DNA from: Thermoplasmata archaeon
GTDB taxonomy: Archaea; Thermoplasmatota; Thermoplasmata; Lutacidiplasmatales; UBA184
Assembly (NCBI GenBank): GCA_021817245.1
Contig: JAKAVQ010000006.1
Span: forward strand, 66,001-130,000
Direction of reading: 5' to 3'
Length of the DNA stretch: 64,000 nucleotides
Each line of letters begins with the position of its first letter. The first letter of the stretch is position 1. Below, in pieces: positions 10,304 through 18,987 of the stretch. The position numbers and the translations under genes were made by a program. The notes under the pieces are model-generated. The model was not told the DNA's origin and did no database searches. It saw nothing but the letters and a program-made list of their open reading frames with translations.

Positions 10304-10412
10304 GGGGCTGTGGGGTAGCTACGGGCGCGAGGAAGGCGCCTCCGTCCGCTCTACTGGTCCATCCTTCGGGCTTTGGGAGCCCGGGACCCCGATTCAAATT
10401 CGGGCAGCCCCA
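10304..10412 (+). tRNA. tRNA-Pro (anticodon TGG) with a ~34-nt intron in the D-loop
   Basis: Acceptor GGGGCTG/CAGCCCC with discriminator A; anticodon arm CGGGC-TTTGGGA-GCCCG (TGG, G37); T arm CCCGA-TTCAAAT-TCGGG; exons total 75 nt; inserted block TACGGGCGCGAGGAAGGCGCCTCCGTCCGCTCTA lies between AGC and CTGGTCC of the D-loop. Confidence 0.7.
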
Positions 10413-10582
10413 TCGCCGCATCGAGACCGGTCCGTCGGCGTGAGTTCCCCGGTACGGGTGGAGGCTCTTTGGAAGGATCGAATACGACGCCGTCCACGAA
10501 CGACCGTCGGCCCGGGGGAGACGCTGATCCTTCGGGCGATGCGCTCGAGGGAGCGCGGGCGTTCTACGCTCGCCGACCTCCC

Positions 10583-11398
10583 ATGCCGATCGAGGTCGAG
10601 CTCGCGACCAAGCGCCTCCAGTTGCAAGAGGGCGGCCTCCTGACGCGCATCCTCGACGAGGCGGTGGCGGCGACCGGCATGGAATTAGGGACCGTCCTGG
10701 ACTTCGGTGGACGCTCGGGCGCGAACCTCCAGCTCCTTGCGGACCGTCAGCGAATCCAGCGACGGGTCTGCTTCGACTTCACGCCCCCCGCGACCCCCCT
10801 ATCGGGTATCGAGTACGTCTCCGGAGCCTGGACGGAGCTCGCGGCGCACGTCCCGCCCCATTCCGTGGACCTCATCCTCGCGGTGGAGGTCATCGAGCAC
10901 GTCTATGATCCCGACGCCATGCTCGCCTTCTGCCGCCGCCTTTTGCGCCCGGGCGGCGTCCTCCTCCTGACAACACCGAATCTTTCCAGTCTCGTGAGCC
11001 GTCTCTCGCTGCTCCTCGGGTGGCAGCCGCTCGACACCGAGGTGAGCACCGTGACGCGATTCGGGTTCCCGGGAGCGACCCGGTGGAGCGTCGTCGGACA
11101 CATTCGGGTGTTTACGTTCCGGGCCCTGCTCGAGTTCCTGAGGTTCCACGACTGGAGGATCGAGCGGGCGTACACGGTCGCCCAAGGCCGGACCGCGCCG
11201 ACCGGCGGGCGGCTCTCCGGCGCGCTCGGATTCTACGCGCGGCTCGACCGTTTCGCGGGCCATTTCGGCCGTCGCTTGGCGTCGCACTCGATCGCGGTAG
11301 TCCGACCGAACGACCCGCCCCCGGTCCGGGAGGGGACCGGACCAGTCGTTTCCGCGGATCCGCGCGAGCGGACGCCCCCTTCGCCAACGGGAGAGTAG
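10583..11398 (+). CDS. Class I SAM-dependent methyltransferase
   Basis: LDFGGRSGAN motif I; HVYDPDAMLAFCRRLLRPGGVLLLTTPN; the upstream part of the ORF overlaps the tRNA, so the start is placed at the internal ATG at 10583. Confidence 0.6.
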   Translation: MPIEVELATKRLQLQEGGLLTRILDEAVAATGMELGTVLDFGGRSGANLQLLADRQRIQRRVCFDFTPPATPLSGIEYVSGAWTELAAHVPPHSVDLILAVEVIEHVYDPDAMLAFCRRLLRPGGVLLLTTPNLSSLVSRLSLLLGWQPLDTEVSTVTRFGFPGATRWSVVGHIRVFTFRALLEFLRFHDWRIERAYTVAQGRTAPTGGRLSGALGFYARLDRFAGHFGRRLASHSIAVVRPNDPPPVREGTGPVVSADPRERTPPSPTGE

Positions 11399-11559
11399 CC
11401 GCGTCGCGACTCCCCCGGATGCGCGAAGCGAGCGCATCCGCACGTTACGGGCGCCCCGACGGGTGGGGAGCGGACACCGGAGGCTGCGACTTCGGTGGAA
11501 GGGAGCCTGTCGTGGTTTCAGGCCGGGGAAGTCGGACCGGGTCTCGAGGATCGGTCGCT

Positions 11560-12588
11560 CTACCGCTCGCCGTGGAAGCGCCGGTGAGACTGCCAGAGGC
11601 CCGCCAGCCGGACGGCGACTTTCGGCGCGAGCGGATAGCCGAACATCAGCAAGGTCGGTACGGTGAGTGGGCGACGGAGCCCGACCCCATCGAGCAGCGC
11701 CCGCATGGTCCTGCGGTACTCGTGGAACCCGGTCTCCCGAGTGTGGAACACGAGATGGAGGATCGCGTTCACGACCGCGGGATTCAGCGTAGCGTGCGCC
11801 CCGTCGGACTGCGAGTCCAGAAGGTCCAGCATCCACGCGATGTCCTGATTGGGGTTCCCCGGCCGCGCCCAGATCGAGTTGGCCGCCCGGGCGACCCCCT
11901 CCGACACGTTGAGGTGATAGCCGGTGAGAACGCTCTGGTCCATCGCCATCCGCCGGCGCTCCGTGACCGCCATCATGAACACGCTATGGTCGGCGATCGT
12001 CAATCGACGGAGATCGCCGAGCCAGGGAAGGATCGCCGTCCGGCGGACGGTGAGACAGCTGGCGATCACGGGCCGTAGGCCACGTCGGTACTGGTTGCCC
12101 GAGCGGGTGTCGAACACCTCCACCGGTCCGATCCTGCCCTGCGCGGGAGGAGCGTCCGCGAACGTCGCGTAGCGGTTCGCGTGGAAGACCACCTCAGGAT
12201 CGGAAAACACCTCCCGCACGCGCGCGATCTTTCCGGGGAGCAGGACGTCATCGTCGTCAAGGAATACGACCACGTCTCCCCGACAGTGATCGATGCCGTC
12301 CGCGAACTTGCCGCCGGGATACCCCTCCCGGGTGGGAAAGACCCGGGCGCCGAGCCGAACGAGCTCCGCATCGACCGACGGGTCCCGGGAGAACTCGACG
12401 ACGACGACTTCGTCCGGGAACTGGCGGGTCGCCGACTCCACCGCCCGCACGAGGTAGCTGAGCCGAGTGTGGGCGATCACGACGACGCTCACGCGAGGCT
12501 GCGGCACGTGCCCGTCCCCCCCGGGCACGGGCGGCGTCGAGTCGACGGACCCTGCGGGCTGGCCCTCCCGCGCCGCTGATCCGCTCAT
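11560..12588 (-). CDS. Glycosyltransferase family 2
   Basis: VSVVVIAHTRLSYLVRAVESA...VVFLDDDDVLLPGK (DxD) GT-A fold signature. Confidence 0.7.
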   Translation of the reverse strand: MSGSAAREGQPAGSVDSTPPVPGGDGHVPQPRVSVVVIAHTRLSYLVRAVESATRQFPDEVVVVEFSRDPSVDAELVRLGARVFPTREGYPGGKFADGIDHCRGDVVVFLDDDDVLLPGKIARVREVFSDPEVVFHANRYATFADAPPAQGRIGPVEVFDTRSGNQYRRGLRPVIASCLTVRRTAILPWLGDLRRLTIADHSVFMMAVTERRRMAMDQSVLTGYHLNVSEGVARAANSIWARPGNPNQDIAWMLDLLDSQSDGAHATLNPAVVNAILHLVFHTRETGFHEYRRTMRALLDGVGLRRPLTVPTLLMFGYPLAPKVAVRLAGLWQSHRRFHGER

Positions 12589-12644
12589 GCCGGAGTCGTC
12601 CGTGCGAGCCGTTCGGTCGATAAGGGCTGTTCGGTGCGCCGGCC

Positions 12645-13823
12645 CTACCGCTCCGACCTCGGCGCGGTCCGAAGGACGGAACGGTAGAGGTCGAGGTGAC
12701 GATCGACCATCCGCTCGGCGGAATAGGCCGGTATCGCGTCGCGGGCCGCCCGCGTGAACGTCTCCCGATGGTCCACCACCTCCGTCAGTCGGGCCGCCAT
12801 CTCCGAGTCCGAACCGACCACGAAGCCCGCCCCGGTCGCCGCGAGCTCGCGAGCCGCCCCGGCGTCGTAGGCCACGAACGGCAACCCGGCGGCCATCGCT
12901 TCGAGCAAGCCGATTCCGAACCCCTCGAACGCGCTGCCCTGCACGTACGCATCCGCCGCGCCGAGCGCGTCGAGCACGTCTTCTCGCGAAGTCGGTCCGA
13001 GGAAGCGAACCGGAACGCCGAGGTCACGCGCCAGCGCTTCGCAGTGGGCTCGATCGTAGGCCGAGCCGGGGACATCGACCCCCACGACCACGAGGCCCCA
13101 GTCGCCCCGCAGCCGCGCGATCGCACGCACGAGACGGTCGACCCGCTTGTTGTCGTAGAGCCCGCCGACGTAGACGGCGAGGTGCCGGGCCGTTAGCCCC
13201 CAGGAGGAACGGGTCGCCACAGGATCTCCGGACGGGAGTGCGAATTCGCCGAGGTCGATACCGTTCGGGATCGTGCGGAGGCGCTCGGGAGGGAACTTCC
13301 AGCCGACCACCTGACGGGCCTCCCCTTCGGTCAGCGCGATGTACCGATCGAACGCGCGCAGGCGGCCGGGAAAGTAGTGGTCGTAGTAGAGCCAGCGGAT
13401 CGTCCCGCGCCGCATCCAGTAGTGGTAGAAACCGTGCGGCGTGATCACCTGCGGCCAGTCGAAGGAGCGGGCGAACGGGAAGTAGTAGTCTGCACACCAG
13501 ATCCGGTTCCCGTGCAGGTGGAAGACGTCGGCGTCGAGGCCGCGCAGCCGACCGAGGTAGTTCCGAGGGACTCGGAAACCCCCAACATGCCGCATCCGGA
13601 GCCGAACCACCGACACGCCGCCGATCTGTTCTTCCGCCGGACAGCCCGGCTCCTCCTGGGTAACGACCGTGACCTCGTGGCCCCGGGCCGCCACTCCCTC
13701 GGCGAGAAGCTGCACGACCCGCGTGCTGCCGCCCAAGGCGGGCAGATATCGGAGGACCGCGAGGACGACCCGCACGACCGTGCCCTCGTTGCGTTCGGTC
13801 CCGGGAGCTATATCCTTTGGCAA
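12645..13823 (-). CDS. Glycosyltransferase family 4 (GT-B, group 1)
   Basis: N-terminal GG-S-R...L...GH-V-V region and C-terminal EGFGIGLLEAMAAGLPFVAYD motif. Confidence 0.75.
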   Translation of the reverse strand: MPKDIAPGTERNEGTVVRVVLAVLRYLPALGGSTRVVQLLAEGVAARGHEVTVVTQEEPGCPAEEQIGGVSVVRLRMRHVGGFRVPRNYLGRLRGLDADVFHLHGNRIWCADYYFPFARSFDWPQVITPHGFYHYWMRRGTIRWLYYDHYFPGRLRAFDRYIALTEGEARQVVGWKFPPERLRTIPNGIDLGEFALPSGDPVATRSSWGLTARHLAVYVGGLYDNKRVDRLVRAIARLRGDWGLVVVGVDVPGSAYDRAHCEALARDLGVPVRFLGPTSREDVLDALGAADAYVQGSAFEGFGIGLLEAMAAGLPFVAYDAGAARELAATGAGFVVGSDSEMAARLTEVVDHRETFTRAARDAIPAYSAERMVDRHLDLYRSVLRTAPRSER

Positions 13824-14126
13824 GCCCAGGGTCCCTCGGTGAGCCGCCGAAACGCCGCTCCGCCGGGTCGGATCCCGGCCGGCTCGCCGCGCCCCCTAAG
13901 GGGCGGGCGCCCCGGCTATCCTCCCGTATGCGGCGGTGTCCCGGGATGCTGGGAAGCGCTCCGCACGACAGACGTCAGAATCCGCGCGTGAGCCCCTCGG
14001 GTTCGCCACCGCCGTCGTGCAGCCGGCGCCCGGGCCGGTCGAAGAGGACGCGGTCGGCGCCCCCTCCACCGGGGACCACGGGGCTCGGCGGGAACGGTTA
14101 ATAATTCCGCCGGCCCGGTAGGGGAA

Positions 14127-15110
14127 ATGGCGCGGATCGGGATCACCGGGGCCACCGGCTTCGTCGGGGGGGCCCTCGTGCCCCGGCTGCTGCGGCAGGG
14201 GCACGACCTACTCCTGCTGGACGACCGGTCGGGCCCGGTCCGCGTCGAACCGGAGGGCGCGACGGCCCTCGACCTCGACTTCGCGAGCGACACGGCGCTG
14301 CGGGTCCTCTCGAACGCGGATGTCATTCTCCATCTCGGCGCCGTTTCGGGCGTGATGGTATGCGCGCGAGACCCCGAAGGGTCCGCCCGGAGGAACGTCG
14401 AGGGAACCCGTCGGCTCTACGCGATGTGCCGGGAGCGGAAGATCCCGGCGGCCTTCGCGAGCAGCCTGTCGGTCGTCGGCGCCCCCGACCGATTTCCGAT
14501 CGGGGAAGACACTCCGGCACGACCGACCCATGAGTACGCGAGGCAGAAGGCCGCCGGCGAGGCACTGACCCGCGAGCTGTCGGACCTCGGCGATGTGCCG
14601 ACGGCGGTGCTCCGACAGAGCAACATCTACGGGGGATACGAAGCCTCGGGAAGATGGATCACCAAGTCCAACGTCCTCGAGCTGTTCGCCCGGCAAGCCG
14701 CCCGCGGCGTCCTCGAGGTCAACGCACCCGGAACACAACGCCGGGACTTCGTCCACCTCGACGACGTGCTCTCCCACTGGGAGGCCACGGTCGATTTTCT
14801 GCGCCGTCCCTCGACTCCGGCCGCGGCCTCGGTGTTCAACGTCGCGAGCGGCGAGACCCGCTCGGTGCGGGAGCTGGCCGAGCTCGTGGCCCGGGCGTAC
14901 GCGAAGGCGCACCCGGACCGGGCTCCCCTCCGGATCGAGGTGGTCCCCAACCCGCGCGGAGGGATCGAGCTCGTCGAGCCCGATTTCGAGACCGCGCGGG
15001 CCATGACCGAGCGACTTCTGGGAGTGAAGATCCTCCACCATCTCCCCGACGAGATTCCCCGCATCCTCGACCTTGCCGGGCTCGGGGCCCGCGCACCCGG
15101 TGCCGCCTAG
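14127..15110 (+). CDS. NAD-dependent epimerase/dehydratase (SDR family)
   Basis: MARIGITGATGFVGGAL Rossmann GxxGxxG; YARQKAAGE catalytic YxxxK. Confidence 0.8.
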   Translation: MARIGITGATGFVGGALVPRLLRQGHDLLLLDDRSGPVRVEPEGATALDLDFASDTALRVLSNADVILHLGAVSGVMVCARDPEGSARRNVEGTRRLYAMCRERKIPAAFASSLSVVGAPDRFPIGEDTPARPTHEYARQKAAGEALTRELSDLGDVPTAVLRQSNIYGGYEASGRWITKSNVLELFARQAARGVLEVNAPGTQRRDFVHLDDVLSHWEATVDFLRRPSTPAAASVFNVASGETRSVRELAELVARAYAKAHPDRAPLRIEVVPNPRGGIELVEPDFETARAMTERLLGVKILHHLPDEIPRILDLAGLGARAPGAA

Positions 15111-15210
15111 ATCCCCTCTCCCGGGGGTGCGGTTCGGATCGCACCGGGGGCGCCCCCGGGCGAATGGGCGGGCGGAGAAGCGTAAAGTGCCCTAGGAGCA
15201 GCTACGGTCC

Positions 15211-16056
15211 GTGTCCGCGCCGGAGGGACCAGGGACCGCGCCGGAGGGGGCGGAGACGCCTCCGCGCCGAGCGCTACCGCCGCGTTTGCACGCCGCTCAG
15301 ATCCTCTGCGACACCTGCGGGCGACCCACCCTGCACCGTATCGTTCGGTGGAACCAGCGGGTCTCGGGCGGAGCGGGGGCGGGAAGCGGTCTTGCACGGT
15401 GCCGAGAGTGCGGCTGGACCCATGCGTTCGAGGTGCGGCCCCCGGCCGAGGTCGAGGTGGACCTGATCGTCTCGCGGGGTGCGTCCTCGGAACGGTCTCG
15501 GCAGCGCTTTCCGGCATCGACGCGCATCGCCGTCGGCGCGGCGCTCCCGGGCTCCGAGCCCGCGCTCGAAGTGCGAAAGATCGAGTCCGCTCAGGGACGC
15601 TCGGTGGGGGCGGCCTTGGTCTCCGAAACCCGGACGGTCTGGGCGGTCCCGGAGAGCGAGCCGCGTCTACCGGTTTCGATCGTGGAAGGGAGCCGTACGA
15701 GGAGCGTCCGCTGGCCGTTCGACCGGGACGCCTTCGTGGGCGTCGGAGACCGGCTCGTCGTGGACGCGCAGCCGCTCGAGGTCGTCGCCGTTCGGGCTCG
15801 GGGTCGCACCTGGCGGGTGCTGGGGGACCGGTTCGCCGTCCTCGAGATCCAGCGGATCTATGGGCGACGGACCGTGAGTCCCCCCGCGGGCAGGAGCGAT
15901 TGGAGGAGGGTTCGCGGAACGCCGAACTCCTGGACCAGCTCCACCTCCCGAGCCCCCCGTTCGCGCTCGTCGCCCGGAGCGAGGAGCGCCAGGACGGCTC
16001 CCTGGCGCCGCAATGCGTCCGGCGGGGCGACGGTCCACCGGGTCTCTCCCGCGTAG
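15211..16056 (+). CDS. HVO_0476-family zinc-finger protein
   Basis: CDTCGRPTLHRIVRW...CRECGWTHAFEV zinc ribbon plus a conserved C-terminal region; the 3' end overlaps the convergent NFACT gene, so the true stop is uncertain. Confidence 0.55.
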   Translation: MSAPEGPGTAPEGAETPPRRALPPRLHAAQILCDTCGRPTLHRIVRWNQRVSGGAGAGSGLARCRECGWTHAFEVRPPAEVEVDLIVSRGASSERSRQRFPASTRIAVGAALPGSEPALEVRKIESAQGRSVGAALVSETRTVWAVPESEPRLPVSIVEGSRTRSVRWPFDRDAFVGVGDRLVVDAQPLEVVAVRARGRTWRVLGDRFAVLEIQRIYGRRTVSPPAGRSDWRRVRGTPNSWTSSTSRAPRSRSSPGARSARTAPWRRNASGGATVHRVSPA

Positions 16057-17807
16057 ACAATCGTCCCGAGCGCGAGCTCGGTCGGCAGGTCGTAAAAGAA
16101 GTGCTTCGTACCGTGGATCACCCAGGCGCCGCGGGCCACGAACTCTCCGCTGGCCCCGGACTTCGTCACCTGCTCCGGAGTCGCCCAGAACGCGGATGCC
16201 GAGGCTAAACCGGCTCGCCACGCCTTCGAGAACGCGACCGCCCACTGGCTCGCTTCCCGGTACGAGACCTCGGTGACCGGGGCGGCCCCGTCGGCCGCGT
16301 GCTTCACGATGACGCTCGCGGCGCCGTGGAGGTCGGCATGGACGTAGACGTCCCCGTCCTTCAGGTGCCGCTTCACGAGGAGGTCGTTGGAGGCGGCATC
16401 GCGACCCCCGACGACCACCGCCCCTTCGGAACTGATGAACCAGCGATACCGCTCAAACCAGTGCGTTCGCCCGCGCGCCGGCACGGTCCCCGCGGGGCCG
16501 CCGGCGCGGAGCGCCGAGGGGGCGATGGGCTCGGCGCGGCGTCGTGCGGTCTCGGCAAGTGCGGCCCGCGCTCCGGCGAGCTTGGACTGGACCCGCTTGA
16601 CCTCTTCGAACAGCGACTGGGCCGACTCCCGGGGGGAGCGGTCGGCCCATACGCTCACCGTTCGACCGCCGAGGATCACTTCGACCCGACGCTCCCGGGG
16701 CTCCCGTGCGACGGCGGCCACCGCCGCCTCCGCCTCGGCATAGTGGGCGAGGATCGCCTCGGCGTCCTCCCGACGGCGATCGGCCTCGGCCGCGAGATCG
16801 GCCACGGCTCGCTCCTGCTCGCCGGCGAGACGTTCGAGCTCCCGGCGGCGCTCCGAAGCGGCCGCTTCCTCGGGAGAGGGGGGGACCGAGGTGAGCGTCG
16901 CGAAGTACTCGTGGGCGGCGTCGCTGAACGTCGATCGCTCCGACTCCTCTGCGCCGTACGCACGCCATCGATGCGACGCGTAGGGAGTCGCGTCGACCGC
17001 GACGCCTTCACGACGGTAGACGTACCCGCGGGGCGTCGTTCCGATCTCCGCGAGCAGACCCGAAAGCTCGGCGTGCAGCCGCGCGGCCGAGCGCTCGGCT
17101 TCGTGGGCGGCGGGAGCTTCGGGAGCGAGGCCGGCTCGCGCGATCAGCTCTTCCGCGATCGGGCCCCCGAGTCCGAGTCGCGCCGCGAGCGTGCTCGCGA
17201 GGTCGGTCCGGGATCGTCGGAGTTCGGACTCCACCGCGTCGGCTCCGACGCTCCACGGGTCGATGCGCGAGGGAGGCCGGGCGTACGGCGCCCCGACGCG
17301 CACCGAGCGGTGGGCCCATTGCCGGGGATGGCTGACCGCCGCGATCCGTCCGTCCCGGGCAACGATAAGGTTCCCGCTCCCGAAGAGCTCGACCGCGAGC
17401 AACAGCTCGGTCGCCTCGTCGCCGCGGCCGAAGTGAAGCTCGAGGAACCGTTCGCCGCCGGGCTCGGCGACCCCACGGAGGATCGCTCCGGTCAGAAGTC
17501 GCCGAAGTTCGCGGGCGATCGGTGAGAGCACCTCGGCACGGCCGGCCGCCTCCGGCAAAAGCGCCGCGTATCGACCCGGAAAGATCAGGAGCTCGCGCCG
17601 GCCCTCGCCGGGCACTCGGAACGCGATCGACCATCCGCCGCCGACGAGGTCAAAGGCCTTGTCGACCCGGGGCCGCTCGAGGGCGCGCAGCTCTCGCACC
17701 ACCGCGAGCGTGTCGAGCGCCGTGAACCGGTCCTTCCGGGTGGGTATCCCGCTCCGAGCGACCGCCACAGCCTTCGCCCGTAGGACCCGGCGCCATTCCT
17801 TAAGCAT
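15858..17807 (-). CDS. NFACT-family ribosome quality-control protein (Rqc2/FbpA homolog)
   Basis: 649 aa; N-terminal NFACT-N (RFTALDTLAVVRELRAL), coiled-coil middle, NFACT-R region with ISSEGAVVVGGRDAASNDLLVKRHLKDGDVYVHADLHGAASV. Confidence 0.75.
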   Translation of the reverse strand: MLKEWRRVLRAKAVAVARSGIPTRKDRFTALDTLAVVRELRALERPRVDKAFDLVGGGWSIAFRVPGEGRRELLIFPGRYAALLPEAAGRAEVLSPIARELRRLLTGAILRGVAEPGGERFLELHFGRGDEATELLLAVELFGSGNLIVARDGRIAAVSHPRQWAHRSVRVGAPYARPPSRIDPWSVGADAVESELRRSRTDLASTLAARLGLGGPIAEELIARAGLAPEAPAAHEAERSAARLHAELSGLLAEIGTTPRGYVYRREGVAVDATPYASHRWRAYGAEESERSTFSDAAHEYFATLTSVPPSPEEAAASERRRELERLAGEQERAVADLAAEADRRREDAEAILAHYAEAEAAVAAVAREPRERRVEVILGGRTVSVWADRSPRESAQSLFEEVKRVQSKLAGARAALAETARRRAEPIAPSALRAGGPAGTVPARGRTHWFERYRWFISSEGAVVVGGRDAASNDLLVKRHLKDGDVYVHADLHGAASVIVKHAADGAAPVTEVSYREASQWAVAFSKAWRAGLASASAFWATPEQVTKSGASGEFVARGAWVIHGTKHFFYDLPTELALGTIVYAGETRWTVAPPDALRRQGAVLALLAPGDERERGAREVELVQEFGVPRTLLQSLLPAGGLTVRRP

Positions 17808-18964
17808 TGGTTCTCCTCCCCCGCGCCGTGACGGGGTCGACGCCCGACCTGTCCGCCGAGTGGAGGGAGCGGGCCCGTCGGTTCGCCGAACGGGAGGTCA
17901 AGCCCCGCGCGCTTTCGATCGACCGGGAGGACCGGGTGCCGGAGTCCCTGGTCCGGGCCCTCGCGCGCGAGCGGTTCGCCGGCCTCGGGGTCCCCGAGTC
18001 CTGGGACGGGGTCGGCGGGGACACCCGATCGACCGTGGCGGTGCTGGAGGAGCTCGCGTACGGGAGCGCGGCGGTGGCGGTCCTCCTCGCGGTGCACCTC
18101 TCCGTGTGCGCCGCACCGATCCTCGAGCACGGCACCGACACCCAGCGAGAGCGGTTCCTCCGCCCCCTCGCCCGCGGGGAGCGCATCGGGGCCTTCGGAC
18201 TCACCGAGCCCGGCGCGGGCTCGGACACGGCTCGGATCGCGACGCGCTACGTTCGCGGATCCGACGGCTTTGTACTGCACGGTACGAAGATGTTCACTTC
18301 GAACGCGGTGAGCGCCGGAGTGATCCTCGTCTTCGCAACCTCGGACCCCAAGCTCGGAAACCGCGGGATCTCCGCGTTCATCGTGCCGCCCGGGACCGCG
18401 GGATTCTCGGTCGCCCAGCGCATGGACAAGCTCGGACTGAGGGGGAGTGAGACGACCGAGCTCGTGCTCGACGACGTGCGGCTCCCGGCCGATGCGCTCC
18501 TGGGTGAGGAGGGCACCGGCCTTCGTATCGCCCTCGGGGCGCTCGCGGGGGGCCGCGTGGGGATCGCGAGCTGCGCCCTCGGGGTGGCCCGGGCCGCGTT
18601 CGAGGAGATGCGCCGGTCCGTCCGTCGGGTGGATGCCGAGTGGAAGCGGCCGCTCCTTGCGCGCGCCTACGCCGAGCTCTCGGCGGCGCGAGCCCTGGTG
18701 GAGCGCGCGGCCGCCCGCAAGGACGCCGGGGTGCCGTTCGTGCAAGAGGCCTCGGTCGCGAAGCTCGTGGCGTCGCGGGCCGCGGTCTCCATCGCGTCGG
18801 CCGGCGTGGACGTCGCGGGATTCGAGGGCGTCCGCACCGGAGCCGCCCCCGAACGGCTCCTGCGCGACGCGCGGGTCTTCCCGATCGTCGAGGGCACGAC
18901 CGAGATCCAGGAGCTCATCCTCGCGCGCTCGCTCCTGCGCGGCGAGCCCGGGCCAAGTCTATAG
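17807..18964 (+). CDS. Acyl-CoA dehydrogenase
   Basis: 385 aa; GAFGLTEPGAGSD, FTSNAVSAG, ALGALAGGRVGIAS and C-terminal PIVEGTTEIQ motifs. Confidence 0.8.
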   Translation: MVLLPRAVTGSTPDLSAEWRERARRFAEREVKPRALSIDREDRVPESLVRALARERFAGLGVPESWDGVGGDTRSTVAVLEELAYGSAAVAVLLAVHLSVCAAPILEHGTDTQRERFLRPLARGERIGAFGLTEPGAGSDTARIATRYVRGSDGFVLHGTKMFTSNAVSAGVILVFATSDPKLGNRGISAFIVPPGTAGFSVAQRMDKLGLRGSETTELVLDDVRLPADALLGEEGTGLRIALGALAGGRVGIASCALGVARAAFEEMRRSVRRVDAEWKRPLLARAYAELSAARALVERAAARKDAGVPFVQEASVAKLVASRAAVSIASAGVDVAGFEGVRTGAAPERLLRDARVFPIVEGTTEIQELILARSLLRGEPGPSL

Positions 18965-18987
18965 GCAACCCCGGGCTCGCCGGCTCC

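Noticed and set aside
8706-10421. 571-aa ORF on the minus strand
   Set aside because: Antisense to egsA and UPF0179, and overlaps the tRNA-Pro gene.
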